Of a stretch of DNA of 64,000 nt, positions 58,201-64,000 are shown piece by piece. A program made the position numbers and the translations under genes. Each line of letters starts with the position of its first letter. Positions within the stretch are counted from its first letter, which is position 1. Source of the stretch: Bispira polyomma (Eukaryota); contig OZ287756.1 of NCBI GenBank assembly GCA_965649765.1, positions 33,852,001 to 33,916,000 of the forward strand, written 5' to 3'. The notes beneath the pieces were generated by a model, which was not told the origin of the DNA, did no database searches, and was given only the letters and a program-made list of their open reading frames with translations.

Positions 58201-59469
58201 TTAACATTAACAACAATATTAAAGATTTGGTTAACAGAGTAGAATACAATTGGATGAGTTACTTACAAATTACAACGTGAATATTTTTTACACTATTTAA
58301 ACAACTTCAAAAAACAAACTATTACAAATATGCATCAGTGTGTTGTAAGAGGGTTAACCCATGTGATGTAGGCAGGTACCAGGGTGGCACTCTTTAATAT
58401 AAATCCAACTTCAAACCAAACTATATTATATTTCAGAAAACACACACACACACATAACATGTTCTAATTTTGAACACAGAAAACTTGACCAGCACTATTT
58501 TTTAGAGCTTCCGAATTACACAGAGTCCACAGCTGTTTTCTGTTATCTAAGAACTTATTTCTTTGGTACACACCATTCTAAATTGCTACTAATTGGTAAA
58601 TCTGGTTGTACACTACTGTCCCTCCATCTGACCTCTCTGTCAGAGAATATCTGGTGCTTATATACAGTACTAACCAACTATATGATTAGTACATAACATT
58701 AACGGTAAGACTTCATTTCTTTAAACTACTTTCATTTAAATACAATACATGATAAACATTATATAAAAAACTTTACATTAAGTGAAAAAGAGATAATGTG
58801 TAGCAGTTTATTATATTAGGAGTAAGAATCATACAATTTGTGTATTTGCATAAGGCTTTTATAGTGTAAACAGACATAAATTATGGTGAGAACCTATTTC
58901 CACATACATTTAGGGAATACTCAACACTATAGTAATGTATGCCATTTCTTTAATAATGATAAGAACAAGGGAGATTTCCACTTAAGACGTCACTAGTAAT
59001 TAGAGCAGTAATTTGATTGGAGCTACCCATTACAGCAATGATATGGCTGGAGCGTATACTAGGTCATTTTTACTGTGGGATGTCTATGTTTAAGAGAAAA
59101 CTTAACTACTAAATGATTTTTCTGTTTTAAAGTTTTCAATTTTAATTACATTTCTTGATTTTCGACTACTTCTAGATATTGTCAATTTGGCCCATCAGTT
59201 GAAGTATATTTTAATGTGGAGGTGATAACTTGCCTTAAATATATAGCAACCCTAGCCATCTAACATGAACCTTATTATTAGAATCTTGGATAGAAATGGT
59301 GTGACATAATTAATCACAATATACTCCATAAATGTCTTAATTATTGGTTTGGTCTATCAGATTCAGATATTCAAGGTATTGCATCTTTTCTGGACAGGCT
59401 TCATGAAAACAACTGGGTAAGCAGAGCCAAGTAATCTCTTTTTGATCTCCAGTTCGGAGAAACTAATAA

Positions 59470-60400
59470 CCTCCCACCACAATATCGGCTATCACTTGTA
59501 TGCAGATGATACACCAATCTACTGCTCCCTCACCCCTAAAAATGCTTTCCATGTCTTTCATCACCTAATCTATATTGAAATTGAACCCTGACAAAACAGA
59601 ATTAATACTTATTAACTCCAAACCTCAGAGGAAAAAAGATTCTAAAATTGATTCCAACAACTCTATATGGTAGCAAAACTATTTCTGTCGATAGTGCCAA
59701 ATACCTGGGAGTCAATTTGGACTCTGATTAATCCTTTCAGAAACATGTTTTAAACCTTTGGCGATCCTGCTACTGCAACCTACAAGAGGATTAGTAGGAT
59801 TCGTCCACACCTAACTCTGGAAAATGCTATTGCGAATGCCCAAGTGGCGAGGAGACTTGATTACTGCAACTCACTATTGTATGGTATTGGACAAGGGCAA
59901 ATAAACAAGCTGTAAAAAATTCAAAACAACCTCTGCAAAATGCGTGCCATTCTGGTCCAAGCTCACACATGACACATCTGCTTAGCTTAAAAACTGCACC
60001 GGCTGCTTATTGTGTTCCGTGTTTAAGTAGTATCTTCACTTTTAAGACTGGCCAGCAACACACCTACTTATCATGTATGCTGTCTCTCAGCCATCTTACC
60101 AAAGTAAATCGTCTTTGCACTTATGGCTACTTACCTAAAAAACTAGCTGGTTCAAAATTTTTCGAAGGTGCTGCTACCTTAGAACTGAGATAAGGATTGC
60201 AGGCGTCAGAAAAAAAATTAAAAAAAAAAGCCAAAAATGCATGTGTGTCAACTCGCTTTACCACCTTAGCATTCATCTGCTGGCCATGACTAAACTCACT
60301 AACATTTTACTCGTACAAACTATTCTTTTACATACTGATTCCGGTGTGCAGCACAGAGGATGCCTGGTCAACAATTGTATTAAGAATTACAGGTTTCAGA
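59470..60400 (+). mobile_element. L2/CR1 LINE fragment
   Basis: YHLYADDT, LKLNPDKTE, KYLGV, RLDYCNSLLYG. Confidence 0.85.
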
Positions 60401-60807
60401 AAAAAGCTCAAAACCAAAGTGTTTACATTCATCTACTGGCCACGACTGAACTCAGATCACAAACGTTTTTTACTTACGAACTATTTTTTGTATATTAATT
60501 TGCAGAAGGTGTCTGTTATCAATTGTAGCCATATATAAGTAAAACTTTAAAAATTTAGATTGACCTATTATGTTATATATTGTATATTCTCCCTAAATTA
60601 TGAGGAGGCTGGTTTGTTGTATTTTATGTAATTTTTTATCGTGTATGTATCCAATATAACACTATAATAAAAAAAATTCTTATCTATTATTATTGAAACC
60701 GAAAAGAGATTATATTAGGTGAGCCAATCAATAAATGATTACATGAATATTTATTTATCCTTTATTTCCCATATATACATACAGTCATAAATATTAGATC
60801 ATATTTT

Positions 60808-63087
60808 CTAAAGCAGCAGTATCTGTCTGGCTTCCTCTACACAGTCAGTATAGTCATCGAATGAGTAGATCTGTGACTGACAGACCTGGGTAATGCGGCA
60901 TTCCTCATTACAGGTCTCATTACTGGGCCTTGCCAGAAAGTGCTTGTAGTAGGTCTGCAGTGTGACGTCATCAGTGTCCATTCTGAAAGAGAGAGAGATT
61001 CTGCTTGGTGAGAAATCAAGTATAGCAAGTACTTTACACAATTTTCACTTCAACCCCGCAAACTTGGGAATGTGTGCCAAAATGTACATCACTCAACATT
61101 CAGTCCAGTGTGTAGTGGGTCGAAAGCTTTTGCAGCAAGTATCAAGTGAGCCTGATAAATTGACACAATAAAACACTTTTATTAAGACATTTATGTGACA
61201 CATCATTGTAGCAGATGTCAAAGATGGCAACATTGATAAAAGAAAATTTTTGTATTTCTGAAAATTAAATCAAACTGTAGACAGTAATGTTGAAACAATA
61301 AACTATTTCTGGAGTCTGAGCTTTCTATCATAAGTAAAACTAGTGGTCTAGGACATCTCAAACCATTTAAATATTTCTGTGTAATAATATTATGGATGAT
61401 ATAGGTTGCTTTTTGTGATTTACATTCAGTAATCATTATTGCTATTGTATGGACATTTTGGCAATGCATGCTGGTTTTACTCCTCTTTGTCCTGTGTGCA
61501 ATTTCTGCCCAGACCATTATGTTGAATCTTCCATTTAAAATATTAAAATAAACAGTGATGACATTCTATAAGCTACATGTTAACTTTTAATTAAGCCCTA
61601 TACATTTTATCGTTTATATCAAGTATTACCGTAAATGGTAGCATGCAATTTTGAATGGATGCAAAGAACTAGTATTATCTATAAATGTTCATACAATCAA
61701 TATCCAATAAAAGGTCATCAATATATGGTTAAAATGAGGCCATTTCTTTTAACCATTTACATGTATCATTTACATTTAATGTAACATGCATATAATTTCG
61801 GTCGTATCCACACTAAAACCATAATTAATTATCCATAATAGAAGTCATATTTCTAGAATTGCAACATTTTTTACCAAGTATATCCAATATAGGGATTTTT
61901 CTTTGACTTTTTTTGCATATGGCCTACGTATTAATCAATCCTCTATTGATCATGTGACATGTCATAATAAAATGAGTGGTATATTTTGGTTACACCTACC
62001 TGTCAATTAAGTCTCTCCAGCTGTCAGGTGACATATCTGCCAAACCATATTCTTCCACTGCAGAATACATCAGTACAATTTCTGGTTCCTCAGGATGATC
62101 TGACAGTAAAACAAATACAGGCATGATAGTAGTATCAATTAAGATAACTCTATATGTAATAACCAAAATAAATTGCAAAGTATTGTGTTATATTTATTAA
62201 ATGCAATCGAATTAATAATGTATTATTAGGTGACAGCTTCTTATAGATATTAACAATGTTCATCAATGTAAACTTTACTGGTGGGAATCAAATTCATGAG
62301 TTTCTTATGATTTCAGCGTTTAGAACATACTTCATGGACAGTGAGCGAGTTGGTTAAAGTTATTTCTAAACTATTTACCACAATAAATAAACACGTTTAG
62401 TGCTGAAAAGTAACATCAACAGTTAGTATTTTGATTAACAACAGAGTTTGAATACTCTGAGTGTGTGAATAAAATAGAATAAGGTTTTCCTGTTTTACCC
62501 GACCTCGTATTATCGAATGCATACTCAGCTCAAAGTCATGCTCAACTCAAATCTGGACTCTCTACAACTCTGGATACAGTAAACATCTGTAAGATCTGAC
62601 CTCGTCTTGGAATTCAGGGCTAGAAGATCTTTCAAAATTAGATTGGTGTATTGTACAGTATAGGTGAGGTCCATGCACAAGTATTTTCACAAGGCCTATA
62701 TTTAATATGAGTGTGGCATCTAATCACAGGCTGTCACCTCTGCATGGGTTCGCCTCCCTCAAGTGGCAAATGCTGAGGGCCTGTCCCAATATGACCCTGG
62801 CTGTTGAACGGGACATAAAACCCTAAACTTTGACTTTGACTTTAAACATGAGTTCACATTGGAAATACAAGCCAAGTCCCAATCGATTACCATTAACCAG
62901 GAATTGTTTCTCTCATGCTTTGATAATTACCAATAGATTCAGCCAGGTAGAACCCATGTCTCTCATAGTCAAGAACCTCTAGTGTGTCCAGGTCTATGTA
63001 GAACACTCTCATGGAGGGATCCTTGAGTAGAGAGGTGACCGGGGGTGCTGCCCACATTACACTAACCGGCTGACCACCCAGGCTTAA
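60808..63087 (-). CDS. acid sphingomyelinase-like phosphodiesterase (SMPD1/SMPDL3 family), last three exons 63087-62931, 62099-62000, 60982-60808
   Basis: Phase-consistent AG/GT exons; APPVT..DPSMRVFYID..EVLDY, YSAVEEYGLADMSPDSWRDLIDR, LQTYYK...CNEECRITQVC. Confidence 0.85.
62715..62843 (+). mobile_element. SINE fragment with (CTTTGA)n tail
   Basis: ggttcg B-box-like motif; 3' cccaatat.acc...ggac.t.aaac similar to the SINE at 39970. Confidence 0.6.
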
Positions 63088-63575
63088 CTGTATAGCAAAT
63101 GTTGAGTAGGGTTCACGCATTAAAGAGGCTTTAATGAAATACATAATTTTTTAGTCCACATTAGTGCAAAATAAGTGAAAATACACTCACTGTAGATAAT
63201 CATGTATGCCAACAAACCGCGACAGTAGGCAAGATTCACAGTATGGGCAGTTACATGTAGCTAGGGTTAATGAGTGACTAGATTGTTTGTGCATTGTTTC
63301 TCTGTCGCTTTAGAATGGGGATATGACCTTCAAGGTCAGAGGTTTTGCAAAACACAATATTTTGACCCCTTCCTGAATATACATCCGATAAATGACCATT
63401 AAGTAAATTCCATTGACGATGTGACCTATTTCTGATGTGCAGGTGTTCTATATAATAATTTCAGAAAAAATGTCTCATGAAAAATTGTAGCTATGATCTA
63501 GTGTAGTATGTGAATTTAGCATAACCAACTGTGGTCTAGTAGGCTAGGACACACTTAGAAACACAAAAAACCCAG

Positions 63576-63687
63576 GGGCCTGTAAATCAAAACCTTCACT
63601 AAAATGCCAACTAACCAACGTGTAAAGACCAAAGCACAAGACAATTACGAATTTGTTTGTGTAACGAGGGCTTCGATATAAAGGTCC
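63576..63687. mobile_element. 112-bp mini-MITE (same family as 4443-4915) inserted in a degenerate SINE (~63528-63790)
   Basis: TIRs gggcctgtaaatc / gatataaaggtcc; splits the SINE A-box (tggtctagtagg) from its B-box (gttagatccc). Confidence 0.65.
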
Positions 63688-64000
63688 CACGTTAGATCCC
63701 AGACTGGTACAGGCAGATAAATAGTGGCTCAGCTATCCAATTGAAGTAGTGGTCATCCATGATTGAGTCCTATCACTGGTTCCAGGCCATAAATTATAGG
63801 GGAATGAAAATTAGCCAATGCTGGTTAGCCACCGGCAATAAAAAAAAGATTAATTTAATTTAGCACCTTGTATACCAGATCAATAGTAGATAAATTACAC
63901 TGAGTATAACTTTGAATACATGGTTACAATCCAGGGGTGGTATGCAAAAAAGGTATTAGTCTTAACTTAATATTTTGGTCTTTATTTTTGGCCTTAGTAC

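Noticed and set aside
63191-63260. Further sphingomyelinase exon (minus-strand gtgagt donor)
   Set aside because: No frame gives the expected GHxH metallophosphatase motif; the upstream exons are probably beyond the window.

Overview
This is AT-rich animal genomic DNA with GT-AG introns. The repeat content suggests an invertebrate, probably a mollusc (inference). Host genes: (i) the 3' part of a + strand receptor gene (644-22053) with an F-type lectin domain, 7 EGF-like exons, a TM helix and a Tyr-motif tail; its lectin exons carry a stop and a frameshift; (ii) two intronless GT8/GXYLT-like glycosyltransferase copies on the - strand inside a segmental duplication, one intact and one frameshifted; (iii) the last three exons of an acid sphingomyelinase-like gene (- strand). 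Four tyrosine-recombinase (YR) retrotransposons of the DIRS order dominate the window. E1 (8618-16324) and E3 (47023-53528) have complete Ngaro-type split direct repeats. E2 (~24729-30578) is degenerate, and E4 (~44980-54285) is a relic with E3 nested inside it. Comparing these divergent copies reveals what looks like a coherent cis-acting programme: (1) integration through a 2-bp TG core into ATG targets; (2) the 3' terminus is complementary to a site 31-46 nt inside the 5' end, with compensatory changes; (3) gag and pol are in frame across a stop followed by GG, suggesting readthrough; (4) a conserved phase-1 splice donor in gag and a phase-1 acceptor just before YR predict a spliced Gag-YR fusion; (5) a covarying RNA fold lies in the A2-B2 spacer; (6) an uncharacterised region of ~300 aa precedes RT. 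The rest consists of L2/CR1, RTE and L1/Tx1 LINE fragments, tRNA-derived SINEs, a Harbinger transposase relic and several MITEs. All alignments were done by eye and no database search was possible.
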